A stretch of 64,000 nt of DNA, from NCBI RefSeq assembly GCF_009914755.1, contig NC_060939.1, one strand, 5' to 3'. The DNA is from the human T2T-CHM13v2.0 reference genome, Homo sapiens. Below, piece by piece: positions 40,241 through 54,826 of the stretch; positions within the stretch are counted from its first letter, which is position 1, and each line of letters begins with the position of its first letter. Position numbers and translations under genes: made by a program. Under the pieces are notes generated by a model. That model ran no database searches, was not told where the DNA came from, and worked only from the letters and a program-made list of their open reading frames with translations.

Positions 40241-41469
40241 TGTAGACATCTTTGAATTGCGGAAGAGATCCATTGCCAGGGAGAATCTGTATTGGTTGGA
40301 TCTGTATTGTGCTGAGTCCCATGAATGTGAACTCATAACTTTTCCCGCATCACCCCCTAATCCAGGATGGCCTGTCAGGCAGGAGCACTGTGACGCCTAA
40401 GGGCTTGAGCTGGGGCTCTGGAGAGCTGGATGGGGTGTCAGCTTGTCCCAGGGTGATCTTTCTAAAGGCCAGTCCAATCACATGACTCCCTTTAGTGGCT
40501 CCCCATTGCCTTCAGCAGGAAACTCGAGCTTCTGTGTGCATTTTCCAGGCCTCTTACAACTGGCCTCTGTCCACACCACTTATCACCTCCAATCTCTCAC
40601 CTAGAACCATATAGGACCAGAACTCCTGGAAGGAGGCTCCCCCACATCTCCTATGCCTCCGGCCCTCTCACTTGGCTGCTCTCCTGCCTGGAATGTCCTT
40701 TCCACCTTCCTTCCCAGGCAGGACTTATCAGTCCCTGCTCCTCCGACCCCACAAAGCTCGGTTACTGCGTCATTGCTACTTACCAGGGGGAGGTTAGTTT
40801 CTATGTTCACCTCTATCTCTAGAAGCCCCAGGAGGTTGAGGACCTGCCTGATCCACCCCATCTCATCTCCCAGCCCAGTGTCTGCCCCATCACAAATGTT
40901 GCTCAATCAGCCCTAGGTCAAACATTTTGTTCACACTCATGGACCCCCTACTTGACCCACCGCCTGTGACCTGCAGGGTTCGCTGTCCCAGTGGTGGGCA
41001 CTGAGAGGCCCCAGTCGCAGGCCTCACAGGTGGCTGCAGCTCCCTGGAGCCTCTTTAGAAAATGCAGTCGGCCTTGTTTCCTCCTCAGAAACAACGACTT
41101 AGCACAGCATCCGGGCCCCAGGGGAGAGTGTTCCCCCCTCAAAAGCTGCTGCCATTGGAGATGCAGGAGAGGAAGCCAAGTGGGCCCAGGAGGGACCGGA
41201 TGATTCGGGGTAGATGGGAGGGAGTGAGCAGGAGGGGCTCTGATAGGCTGCATCCCTGGGGTTTCCTGCACATCCCAGATGCTGGCACCTGCTCTGGGCC
41301 TGGGCCGGCAATAGCTCTGTGTCTGGCTCTCCACCGGGCCTTGGGTGCATCCCCTGATTCCCCCAGGGTCTTCTCACCCGACTCTCCATGGGATCCATTT
41401 TCAACTCTCTGTGTTCCCTCAACTACTAGGCAGCCAGCTAGAGTCCTCACCTCTTCAGAAAAGCTGATA

Positions 41470-41707
41470 CTAGTTAAGCATCCCAAGTCTGAAAATCTGA
41501 AACCTGCAATACTCCAGAATTTGAAACTTTTTGAGCGTGGACATGATGCTCAAAGGAAACGCTCATCAGAGCATTTCAGATTTGGGATTTGGAGATTTGG
41601 GATGCTTAACCAGTAACTATTTGTAAATATTCCAAAATCTGAAAAAAAAATCCCCAATCGGAAACACTTATGATCCTAAGCATTTTGGATAAGGGATGTT
41701 CAACCTG
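41470..41707. mobile_element. Tigger4a (MER46A) DNA transposon MITE
   Basis: Runs ..gcatccc..tctgaaaatctgaaa...ggataagggatgttcaacctg, flanked by TA on both sides. Confidence 0.82.
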
Positions 41708-41859
41708 TATCAAATGGAGGGCTGCTTGGCTGCTAAGCCTGGGGTGGGACAGGAGCAGCCCAGACCTGCCCCTTCTTTTTTGCCAAGCAATCCTGAGTTA
41801 CACAACACATTCCTGGCTACTATATAATAAGAGGTTAGGTGACATGACTTCAAGGGCAT

Positions 41860-42095
41860 CGGAGTTGGGTTGTGGAGTCTGGCAGACCCGGGTTCAAGTT
41901 CTAGCTCCACCTCTTGCTAACTGTGTGATTTTGGGCAAGTTACTTAGCCTCTCTGAGACCCAATTTCTTCATCTGTGGAACAGAGTACCTACCTATGGAG
42001 GTGTTGTGAGGATTACATGAAATGACTGACTGACTATAAAGCACTTAACACAGTGCCTGGCACGTAGTCGGAGTTCAATGTACATTAGCTGTTTT
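41860..42095 (+). mobile_element. MIR, near full length
   Basis: Matches the MIR core and 3' end. Confidence 0.8.
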
Positions 42096-44833
42096 ATAAG
42101 TTACAGGTCAGCACAGGCTGGGCCATAGCTGTCGCTTCATACACCTTTGTCCCCCATGCATGGGTGGAGAAACTGAGGCCCAGAGAGGAGCGGGACATCA
42201 CATCGCTGCATCCCCTTCATCAGCCTGGGCTGACACCTACTGAGGAGCTCTCTGCTGTAATGGTTTCAATCACAACAAACCTGACGCATGGAGTCTTAGA
42301 TCTTGGGCTTGCCTTCTGCACAGCCTGGCACCCTCTTGTTTAAGAAACCTTTACATTGCACTAAATGCCAGGAACAGTTATAAGCCCTTTATACGTATAA
42401 TAACAATATTATGCATATTAACCTTAATCCTTCTAGCAAACCCATGAGAGAGATACTATCATTATCCCCATTTTACAGATGAGGGAATGGAACAGTTCGA
42501 GGGCTTGCCCAAGGTCACACGGCTAGCAAGTGGGAGGACCACTATTCACCAGCAGGGATGCCATCGACAAGGTTTCCACCCTGAGGTGAACATAGCCTGG
42601 GCTCTGTGGTGTGATCATCGCGGGGTGATCTGGGGTGTCTGGGGCACCTGAAGCCTGTCTTCTCCCTGCACCCTGATGCTCGGGTGGAGGAGGCATTTTG
42701 GAGGGGACTTGGTGGCCTGTGACTGGGCACAGCGGGAGCATCTGCTTTGTCCTATTAATGCTATTCACTAGATGCCACATCTCAGGCCACAGCAGGTATT
42801 TCCCTCGAGAGAGGACAGTGAAAACTTGGAACAGAAGAGCTTTTTATTATTCAGAATAACTGCACTATTTAATTTACTATTAATAATAGCTCTTGAGTCA
42901 ACCTTCTCCTGAAGAGAAGTGAGAACTGAAAGGATGTCCCTCTCTTCTCTCCCCTCCTCCCTCCTTTTCTGCCTCCTTACTTCGGAATGCTGTGAACTCA
43001 GTCACGAATGATTGAGCTGTTTTGGGGGTAGGAGTGGGAGAAATGGAGGCCCAGCTCATGCAGCGAGCCTGGTTACTCCTCCTCCCTGCAGAGCCTTGCT
43101 CTGCTGCTCCTCGGGGGTCCCTGGAGGCCATGACCCATCTGTTGTCAGATCCCTCCGGGAAAGAGGATGACCTGTCCTCCTAGGCTGGGCTGGAGGCTAG
43201 AGGCCAGGAGGCTGTTTCAGCTGCAGCAAAGGGAAGGCTGCATCCAGCAATCCTTGCCCTCCTTGTCCTGAGGGCAGGAGTGTGTGTGCTGAAATAAGAA
43301 GATGGGGATCCCGTCAGAGACCCATCTTCTGCCCTCTGCATCCAGCGAAGGGCTCAGCGTTAAGAAGGAGCACGTCCAGAGAGGACTACAGCCAGGAATG
43401 AGACTTGAACCCAAGCCAGGGGAGGAGGATTTGGTTTGGAGTTCAGAAGAGTTGGGGGACTGAGAACTGCTTTCAAAGAACCTGAGGGATTTGGTTCTTC
43501 ATCTACAAGCCCTCACTGAGGGCCTGCTCTTCCAGGTGCTGGGAACATGTGAAGCCCCCAGAGGGGCAGAGGCAATGAGATATAACTAATGCCACTGTAA
43601 GGCAGTGCTCCAAGGACAGGACCACCATGTCCGGTGAAGTCCTAGGAGGTGAGGACTTGGCTTGCCTCATTCAGAGCTAAATGGGCCTCCTGGCTCCCTG
43701 AGGCAAAGGATATAGATGGTCTTCTAGGGTTGACTTTATCCCTTGGGCATTTATTCAAGACGTCAGGCACGCTCCCGGCATCTACATCCTTGACTCTGCC
43801 TCCTGTATTGGGGCCCTGTGGGATCTCAGGTGTGTCAGGTGGCCCACTGGGGCTGACCTTCCAGAAGATGGAGGCCTGTTTCTCTCTTTCTCCTAACTAC
43901 CCAACTGTGCAGAGCTAGAGGACAGTGGCTGTCCCCACAAAGGTCTCTCACGGCTGCAGACCAGCACCCCGTCCACCTCCTCTCACCCCTGGGACATAGC
44001 CAACCAGCCTGCTCTCCTCTTGTCAATCTCCTCACACCCTGCCCATCTGTAGAGTGGGCTGAATCCTAGATATCCTTAGGTGATTGAAGAGTGCTTTCTA
44101 ACACTCTGGTGCGGGGTGGTTTCGGTCTGGCTTTCCGAACGTGCCAGAGCTGGGTTCCACATACCTGCATGCACATACACTCCTAAGCACACACGCTGCC
44201 TCCACGCATCCCGGCTTTCATTGTGAGGGCCCCACTCTTTATTCAAGGAGCGGTCTCGGGTGTCTGAATGGATGCTTGAAGGCTCCGTCTTTGCAATTAA
44301 CACGCTGCTGCAGTATTATTAGCCTCTGATAGGCAGGTCTGCCTTTGCCAGAAACTATAAATATGTGGGGCCAATGACTCAGCAAATCTGTTGCTATTTT
44401 TCTTGCAGGTCCGTGTGGATCTGTATCTGTGTACACCATGGCCCCATCTCCCAGCAGCTCCCATGGCTTGTATCCATGGAAACGCAGTCCTCCCCAACTA
44501 TGGTTCTCTGCTGACAAAACCTGGGAGTCTCCCCAGCCCCCTACCCACCTCGGAAAAGGAGCGTGGACCACACAGGCTCCAGCCAGCAGGAGGGCGGCAC
44601 TGTGGAGGAGGTGGCCACTTTCTCAGTTGCTTTGAAGGGCCAGGCAAGGCCAGGCCTCCAAGACCTTCCTCCGCGGGTCTGTGGTCAAGGCCTTGTCACC
44701 TGCTTAAGGGGAGCGGCCTGTTGAGAGAGCCATCACTGAGGCCCTGGGCCCTGGTGGGATTCAGTTGGCAGGGCAGTCCCTGAGGGCTGTGGGCAGTGCG
44801 GCAGGGGAGGGGGGGGAGGGGTTACTGCCCTCA

Positions 44834-45286
<453 letters not shown>

Positions 45287-46061
45287 TCAAATAAGCTGTG
45301 GGATAGAAGAAAGAGCATGGCCTTGGAGTCCCTCCCTCTGTCCCTCCTTTCCTTCCACAAACATTCGCATTTGCTTCTTCTGGACCAGACTCTATGCTGG
45401 ATGTGAAGACCCAGAGATGTTTCAGAATTAGACTCTTTCTCCTCAACGACCCACAGTCTCGGGAGAGAAGACAGATTCTTCATCAAGTCAGAGAGCTCAG
45501 GGGTCCTGAAGGTCAGGATGGTTGTCTGTATCAGAGCAGTGGGGCACAGGAGGGTGGTCAGAGAGGCCTCCTAGGGAGCTGCAGCCCAGGGGGCAGGCCA
45601 GGAAGATGAGGCAGTGTGTGGGACGACTGGCAGGAGGCAAGAGAGGGCAGTGCCGGGAGCCAGTGGGTGAGAGACTCGCGCACTAGAGTTCTAACTCTGG
45701 CTCCTGTTGGCGGTGCTCCCTGGAGAAAGCCACCTAAGGTCTCTGGTGTGTAAAATGGGAAATGGCAATACCTACCTTATGGGCCAGGATGGAGGATTAA
45801 ATAAAACATCTGGCCCCTCATGCAGCATTTATTGTATTCATTCTATGCCGGGGCTGTCCCATGCCTTTTGCTTTCCTCCCTACAGGGTCTCTGTCACTTC
45901 GTCTGTCAAATGAGGGAGCTGGGCCAGATGATGTCTAGAGCCTCTGACATTCCCTGTCCTCAGTTTCCCCGTTTTTGAAATAGGAAGAAGAATCTTCCAA
46001 CACGCTCCAGAAGTGAAGGAATGGATCGTGGAATCAACAGATATTTACTAAGAGTAGCTTG

Positions 46062-46378
46062 GGACAGGGCGCAGTGACTCATGCCTGTAATCCAAGCACT
46101 TTGGGAGGCCAAGGTGGGAGGATTGCTTGAGCCCTGGAGTTCGAGATCAGCCTGGGCAACAGCAATCAAAAAATCAAAACGCCGGGTGTGGTGGCATGTG
46201 CCTGTAATCCTAGCTACTCGGGAGGCTGAGGTGGGAGGGTGCTTGAGCCTGGGAGGTCAAGGATGCAGTGACCCCAGTGAGCCATGATTGCACTACTACT
46301 GCACTCCAGCCTGGGTGACAGAGCAAGACCCTGTATGTTCAAAAAAAGAAAATATAAAAAAAAGAGAAAAAGAAAAAA
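46062..46378 (+). mobile_element. Alu (AluJ-like)
   Basis: AluJ diagnostics ggaggattgcttgagccc and gagcaagaccctgt. Confidence 0.88.
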
Positions 46379-47453
46379 GCAGCTTGCTTTTCCCCAGCTT
46401 AGGGAAAGCAGAACCCAGACAGATATCACCACTGCTACCTCCATGGGATGTGGAGGAGCAGGACACCCAGCACTCCCAATGTGGCTGGAGAGGCCCAGTG
46501 TGGTCTGCAGCCATGGAGCAGTGACTCTGGGTGTCTCGTGTCGCTGCTCTGCTGCTTTCTCTCTTCCTGTGTCTTGTCTGTCTTGGGTAAGGAAGGACTT
46601 GCTCAAGGCCCTGGGATCTGATTTCTAAGGACCATCTTGCCCACCAGGGACCTCCAGACCCTTAAATCCTTGTACTCAAAGCCCTAGGGAAGCTGAGGAT
46701 CAGGCTGAGGATCTGAAATTATTAACACCGCTTTGTCATATCATGGTGGAGTCTCACACTGAGCCTCTGAGGTAACCCCTATTGCTATCTCCATTTTGCA
46801 GGTGAGGAAACTGGGGCTCAGAGATTTTAGGGACTGGCTCAAGGTCACCCAGATGCAATGGCAGGACCAGGATTTCAATCTAGGTCAGCATGACTCCAGC
46901 CCCATGTTCTTTCTGGGGCTCTGTACCCACCCTCTGGAACTCTGGTAAACCTCCTGAATCCATCGGGAAAGTAAAGGAGATATAAATAGCACGTGGGATT
47001 GTGAAGTGAAAAAAGCAAGTTGCAGAACAATACCTGCAGGATTATTGCAGTCATGTAAAAGAACTACTTGAAATGATGCGTCTATATAATGAGATAAATG
47101 CACAGAAGCAGGTCTGGAGGGAGATCTATCCAGGGTTGAATGGTATTCCCCTCTGGGTAGGGTTCAACATATTTCAGAATTGGTTAAGTTTTTATTACAA
47201 TGAGAATGTATTTATGTACTACTTGTGCAATAACAACCTCCCTCTCCCATAAGGCAGGAGATGGGGTGACCCACCTCCTTATGACATGAGCCATGTAAAG
47301 GCTGGGGCAGGTGGAGACCTGCAGGGGAATGTAGGCTCATGGGAACCTTGGAGACAGAATGGCAGTTTTATGTCAGAACTCTTTGTGTGTTTTTCTTGTC
47401 TTTTAACAGCCTGGAGAGAAACTCCTTCAGTCATTTTACAGTGAGGAACCCTT

Positions 47454-47777
47454 GGCTGGGTGCAGTGGCTCATGCCTGTAATCCCAGCATTTTGGGAGGC
47501 TGAGGTGGATGTATCATTTGAGGTCAGGAGTTCAAGACCAGCATGGCCAGCAAGGTGAAACTGCCTCTCCTGGGCGTGGTGACATATGCCTGTAATACCA
47601 GTTACTCGGGAGGCTGAGCAAGAGAATCGCTTGAACCCAGGAGGCGGAGGTTGCAGTGAGCCGAGATCTCACCACTGCACTCTAGCCTGGGGAACAGAGT
47701 GAGATTCTGTCTCAAAAAATAAATAAATAAAAAAGAAAGACAGAAAGAAAGAAGAAAAAAAGGAAGGAAGGAAGGAA

Positions 47778-47839
<62 letters not shown>

Positions 47840-47870
47840 AGGAAAGAAAGAAAAAGAAAGAGAGAGAGAA
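47454..47870 (+). mobile_element. Alu with the tail expanded into a (GAAA)n/(GGAA)n microsatellite
   Basis: TSD aggaaccctt; the middle A-rich linker is deleted; tetranucleotide tail at about 47730-47870. Confidence 0.9.
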
Positions 47871-49639
47871 AGGAACCCTTAAATCTAGATAGCCTCAGCC
47901 CAAGGTCAGAGAGCTTTGTTGCCACGGATTGGTTGGTTAGTAACTTGCTTTATGTTGAAGACAGGCCTGGCTTTGACTTTATACAGTTACTTGCAGATTC
48001 TTTGAACCTCAGTTTTCCTACCTGTAAAATGGGATTGATATAGCTACTTTGAAGAGTGTTCGTGAGGATTCAGCAAGATCAAGTTTGCTAAGTGGCCATC
48101 ACCGGACAGGGGCTGTTTTCAACATCATTCCCCAACCCTCTTTTCTGTTCCCTTTGTCTAAGGAATGCCATTCTAGACTCAGCATGGTGCAGATGAGACA
48201 TAGGCTTTGGCCTGAATTGGGGCTTGGCCACGTCAATTATTGGCATCTAACATTGAGGACATATTAGATGTCAGGAATCATGCTAAGGGCCATACATACA
48301 ACTCCCTTAATCCAAATCTTGCTGCCTACCTCAGAGGTGGGCACCACCTATTATTATCCCCACTTTACAGATGTGGGAATTGAGATATCAACATCACCCT
48401 GGCCTCATAAAATGACTTAGGAAGAATTTCCTCTTTTTCTGTTATCTGGAGGAGTTTGCATAATAAGGTTTGTTTATTTACACTTAAATATTCACAAGAA
48501 TTCACCAGGAGAATCATCTGGGCCTGGAGTTTTCTCTGTGAAAAGAGTTTTGACTATAAATTCAATTTCTTTAGGAGTTCTAGAAGCAGTCCTGTTCCTC
48601 TGCCCCTGCCTCCTCCTTAATCCTCAGCTCCCAAATCTGAGTCCTGGAGGAGGTGATTATAATTGCAGGCCCTGCAAGGTACCCCCAGTTTTATTTACCC
48701 CCCATGTGGACACTCTGGCCTTGACTCTCCTCCTTATTGAATGGCAGGGCAGAGTGGGGTGGGGGAGGAGGCAGAATGCCAAGAATGAGATCCGACTTTG
48801 CTATCTTGGCTCCAAGCTTGCACCTCTCCCTGCTCTGGTAAGCTGTAAGGAGCAAGGCCTGTGGCTGGAGGACCCATCCCTGAGGCCAACCTTCTGGGAC
48901 TGTTCCTGAGGATCCACTATGCAAGGTGCACTGGGCCCTGTGACAGCTTAGCAGAGCAGAGCTGCTCCACCTGGCATTGGGATCTCTAGGAGAAGCTCGG
49001 TAAACCTAGAATGAATGAATGAGCAAGTTAACAATGACTTCCTGAATGACTGGAACACCTGCTCTAGGTACCCAGCTTAGAAAGGTTAAAAAGACACTTC
49101 ATCTGGTGCAAGGCAGACACATGGACACATGGTCCATGACATCTTTGGTGACAAATGCTGTGCTACGGGTGGCATAGGGTACTGTAGGGGTACAAGGGAA
49201 AATGTCTGACCCATCCTGGGGGTGGGTGATGGGGGTGGCAGGGGCTTTTTGGAAGAGGGGACACAGGCTGAGTCTTGAAAGACACTAGGAGTTAGTCAGG
49301 AGGCTGGTGGAACTGGGAGAGAGCATGGGGTAAGAAAAGCAGGGCACTTCCACAGAAGGGGAAGACACTGCATGGTCCCTGAGCTCGGTCTATTAGAGAA
49401 GCTACTGGTCACTCAAAAGTCAGCCTCATTTCCAGGCCATTTATTGCTCCAAAGGATCCTGGACTCACAGTGCATTGGAAGCTCAGTGTTCTGACCTTTC
49501 CTGCCAATATCAAGGTCAGGGGAAAGAGATCCCTTTCTACCCGAGCTCAGCATTTCTAACTGGAGGAGGGTGATAAAACAATTAAGGATGCATCTGACAG
49601 TGAGTAAGAGAGAACCTAATAAATAGTGTCCTAACTGTT

Positions 49640-49980
49640 TATTAGGGTGCAGTGGGGGTGAGGAGGGTATTTATTCCATATAAAAAGAAATTCAGGGATG
49701 GGCAGTCTGGGGCCACCAGGCCGTCAAGGCTCCAGGCTCCTCTCATTGTCCCTTCCACCAACCTTAGTGTGAAAGCCTTTGTCTTCATGCTTGTTGCCTC
49801 ATAATTGCAAGATGGCTGCAGCAACTCCACACCTAGATCCAACTTCCAGGCAGAAAGAAGATGGAAAGGCTGAGGGGAATGCCAGTTCTGTACCTTCTAG
49901 AAAGAATGTCCTGAAGCCCTACCCGGTGACTTCACTCCTATCTCATTGACCAGAAGTGGGTCCCGTGGCCATCTCTAGGC
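49640..49980 (-). mobile_element. Old MLT1 LTR remnant
   Basis: Motifs gcaagatggctgcagcaactcca...ttccaggcag and tctcattgaccagaagtgggtcccgtggcca. Confidence 0.6.
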
Positions 49981-51168
49981 CAGTCACTGGAAGGTGGCTG
50001 GGGAAAAAGGGGTGTGGAGAGGCTTGGGCCAACCAGCCAGGAGCATCTGCTACAGGTGGTCACCCACCCCAGAAAGCACAGCCCTCAGCCCCCTAGCTGT
50101 GAGAGCCAGCAGAGGCAGGGGGGAAGCTGGCCACTCCAGAAAGGTCTCGCTTCAACAGTCATTCAACAAATGCTAACCATTGCCCCCACTGTGCCCAGCA
50201 ACTTGGGCCCTGGAGCCCAGTAGAGGAAGTGAGCTTTCAACACAAGGCCAGGCAGAAAGGAGAGCCAGACCCCAAAGCAGAGAGCCCCTCTCTGGGTGGG
50301 AGCATCAGAGGGTCCCAAGCCTGCCAAGGCCTTTCCTTGCCTTTGAAGAAAAGGAGATTAAATAGGACCAGCCTCAAAACCCCAGCAGAAAGGACCTGGC
50401 CTCTTTATCTGACTGACTGATGAAGTGGCTTCCTCTGGGGGTTGAAGGAAGGTATGCAGATAAGTGTGAGTAGTAGTTACGCCACGATCATTCAGGAAGA
50501 ATTGGGGTGGTGTGGGGGCGGGGAGAGGTCACTGCTGTGCCATCAATGTCAGCCTCACACAGTGTTGCAGAGCCCAGGCTCATCCCCTACTCCTCCCATT
50601 TCACTGATGTAATCTGACATAGCCTTCCCCCTTGGAGGCCTGAGCCCAGGAAGTTACCTTATGTTACCACCCAGCAAGGTCGCTCAGGCCTTCTTGAGCT
50701 TGCCCCGTGATTCTGCCAACCAATTTCAGACAGAGCAGATCACTCTGGGTCTAGTAGGAAATGCCCAGGTCTGGGCATCAGAAGGCCTGTGTGACCTTGG
50801 ACCAGTCAGCCAACCTCTCTGAGCCTTTACTGACACCTTGTGGCAGCTTCTGCCCAAAACCAAAGTGCTTGGGTGAAAATAAAAACCTGTATTTCCCTTC
50901 CACTACTCCCCTGCCACTATGCTCTGGTCTGAGTCACATCACTGCAGAAGGATAGCCTTCCAACACACCTCCCCATCCCACCTCTCTAGGCCACTGTCCT
51001 GAAAGAATCAGTGAAAAGGCTTCCCAGGGAAGCAGTTACGGCTCAGTCCTCCAGTCTCCAGTTGCAGGTCTCAGAACTCAGTCCTGCACAGTACTAGTAC
51101 TTTCATCAGCTCCAGGATGAGGATATGGTGGACACGTGCTTATCACATGATGTCAGAAAATCTCCAGA

Positions 51169-51512
<344 letters not shown>

Positions 51513-53036
51513 CTAGATTACTGCTTGGTCATGTGTTTGTGTGTGTGTGTCTGTGCACATGTGCGCTCACATCTGTGTACACAAACACCTGTGTGTGTTT
51601 TGTCATGGACCTGGGGAACTTCCTACCAGGCTCCTGCAATGGAATGGTTTCAACCGAAGCTCTAGCTGGGACAGGGCCCCTCGTTTTTGGCTTTTGAGAT
51701 GAACGCCCCAACCTAGTTAGTTATCAGTGCTCGGTTTTCTTGGCTTCCTTTCCTGCCCCATCTATATCCTCTGTCTTCCAATCCCACCATCCAAACCTGC
51801 TCCAAACCAGAGGTTTAAATGAATCTAATAAAACCACTCCTAGAGGCAGCTGTTCATGGCTAATAAGGGTGCCCAGAGTGGATGGATAGGTTGGGAAGGG
51901 CCTTCCAGGCCTAGCGCCAAACACTATTGGTAGAATTTCAAACCAGGTCTCTGTGGCTAAAACTTTGTCTCTTCCAGGCTACTGGTCTGACCCACTGGCA
52001 CAGGGAAGCAGTTTTGGGTATGAGGGAAAAGCTGTCCTGAGCTCTCCACACCTCCACCCAGCCATCTGGGAATTCTGGGGTAGGGTATGATCTGTGGATG
52101 TGGCTTGGGGACTTGGCGTGGACCTGCAGTGGTTGGCTGGCTCCACTCCATCAAGAAGATTAAGAGGTAATTGAGCAGCTGTTCTGGATGAGGGAGTTGC
52201 TGCTTGAAAGTTGGAGGTTGGCCTGAAACCCTCCCATTAAATGTGCTTGTCCCTGGGATTCAAGAGCTCTCTTCAAAAGGCAGGGAGCCCATCCAGGCCC
52301 TCCTATGGCTGGAAGAAACCAGTAGCAACCCAGAGCATATGGGGAAACTGAGGATCAGAGAGGAGTAGCTGACTCCCATTTTACCAGGTTGAGTGTCATG
52401 GCAGCCTGCTGCCTGAGGTTGGGTGGTATGGCCAAAGGTGGTTCTGGGCCAGAATCCTTCCTGCTGGGCTCCAGGAACCTCCTCTCCTGTTGGTTAAGAG
52501 CCAGGAGTGCAGGCTTTTGGAGCCAGGGGCTAGACCACCCTCCTGGCACTGCTATATTCTAGCTCCTTCTCCCCACCCTACAACACTGTCCCTAACGCAT
52601 TTTTCCATTACTTTTGTGCTCTGAAACATTCGATGGCTCCCTATCACCTCCAGGATCTGCTGCAACATTCCCTGCTGGCCCCTCCCCGCATCACCAGCCT
52701 CACTCTGTCTGGACTGCCTGCTACTCTTAGCACCCACCTGCCCTCTGCCCTCTCCTCCATCTCCACTGTGGCCTTCCTGCCATCTTCCCATCCCTTAAAA
52801 GCCATTTCTCCAGGAAGCCTTCCTGTCTCCACTCCGTAATTGGGGCAAGCTACTTAACCTTTCCAAGCTTCAGATGGCACCTCTGGGAAAAAATGAGGGA
52901 ATAACAAGATGCTGCCTCCAAAGGGTTGTGGTGAGGCTGTCACCAATGAAATAATGCATACCCAGGGCACATCACAGTACCTCTTGTACAATGAGGACTC
53001 CAACAAAGGATGCTGGGTCAATTTCATCATCATCAT

Positions 53037-53468
53037 TGATATGTTATGGCTATCTCATCGTGAATTGTAGGTCCCATAATCCCCATGTGTCATGGGAAGG
53101 ACCAGGTGGAGATAATTGAATCGTGGGGCACAGTTTCCCCCATCCTGTTCTCATGATAGTGAGTTAGTTCTCATAAGATCTGATGGTTTTTATAAGAGGC
53201 TTCCTCCTTTACTGGGCACTGATTCTTCTTTCTCCTGATGCCATGTGAAGGACATGTTTGCTTCCCCTTCTGCCATGATTGTAAGTTTCCTGAGGCCTCC
53301 CCAGCCATGCTGAACTGTGAGTAAATTAAACCTCTTTCCTTTATAAATTACTCCTTTATAAATTACATCTCAGTACATGTAATGTACATCTGTAATGTAC
53401 ATGTAATGTACTGAGTAATGTACATCTCAGGTACATCTTTATTAGCAGCAGGAGAATGGACTGATACA
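53037..53468 (+). mobile_element. THE1 (THE1C-like) MaLR solo LTR with a complex insertion near the 3' end
   Basis: Runs tgatatg...ggactgataca; 5-bp TSD atcat at 53032-53036 and 53469-53473. Confidence 0.9.
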
Positions 53469-54826
53469 ATCATCATCATCAACCACTCTTCCTCCTCCTT
53501 TCTGTGGAATAATAAGGGGATAATAAGAGGGACTCTGTGGCTCCCTCTTCTGAGCTGTCAGAGTACCCTTGGTCTCTGTCCTGTGCTCCATTTAATTAGA
53601 GAAGCAATGTGTGGGCATGCGCCCCTCCCCTCAGACTCCTCCATGGCTGGGTCCTGAACCCCTGAACTCCAGGGCCCAGGACAACAGTGCTCACACTTTT
53701 GAATCTCAGGACAGCCTGAGTTGCTAGGCTTTCTTCCTCAGCCCTGGAGAGCACTAATGGTGTCTTTCAAACCTGGTATCCTGGATGTGTGAGCGTGATT
53801 GGGTGGGGGCCAGCCCTGGGCTGGGCTTTGACCCCCTCCTCGGGCCTGATGAGAGCTCTCATTACCTTCCTTCCTTGCCAGCTAGGCCTTGGGGTGAAGC
53901 CAGCCCTCAACCTTTGATGGGAGGAAGGCTTAATTACCCCCTCAGGCAGAGGGAGAGGATAATGAGGAGCAGATGAAAAGCCTGGGAAGGTTGCTCCTTC
54001 CAGAGGCCCCCACCTCTTAGCACCCAGGCTGCCCCCGGCCCCACCTTCAGCCTCTTTGGGCTTAGGTTAAGGCCTTGCACCCTGGTCTGCAGAGGGCCCC
54101 AGCACCCATGGCCCTTGTGTGATTCACAGATCACAGGGATTACCTTGGATTCTCTCTACCACAGTGCCTGAAATCTCATTAGCACTTCCTATTGGGGTCA
54201 CACCAAGCACTCCTACCCAATCTAGAAAGAATGGTTAGAATTTTTCATACCACACTGGGATCCTGGGACAGTTTGGATAAGGAAGCCATACATTAAGGCC
54301 TCTGGTTTGTATGAAACCTGAAATTTGTGATGGAATGGGAAGCAAAGGACAAATTTCACAGAAGGAAGCCAGTGGAAGGGGTCATAGGCCTGCCTCCTCT
54401 TGGGGCTTGGCTGGGGATTTGTGGTTGGGACAACATGGCTGGGCTTGGAGACTCTCTTCCCTCCATTGCAGAGCAGCTGAAGGGCTTGGTGTGTTCTTGG
54501 CTCTCAGTGGGCAGGCAGGAGGGGAAGAGGAGGTGTCAAGTGTGTCTGGGCAACAGTGACAAAAGATGAGGGAGAGTAGTTGGGCAGACAAGTAAAGATC
54601 ATTCTTGCAGGGCAGGCCCAGGATCCTGGGTTCTTTCTTGTGGGGGGCACGGGGTGATGTGGGTAGAACTAGGGTGTTTTGTCTTCTTGTTCCCCAACTC
54701 CTGGGCCATCCCTTGGAAATGCCACTGTGCTCAGCCCAACAGGGAAACCCTGAGGGCTCTGGCCCCACAGCTGCACACAGGCTTGCAGGGTGTTTAGCTT
54801 GAATGCCAGTCTGTCCTCCCTGGCGT

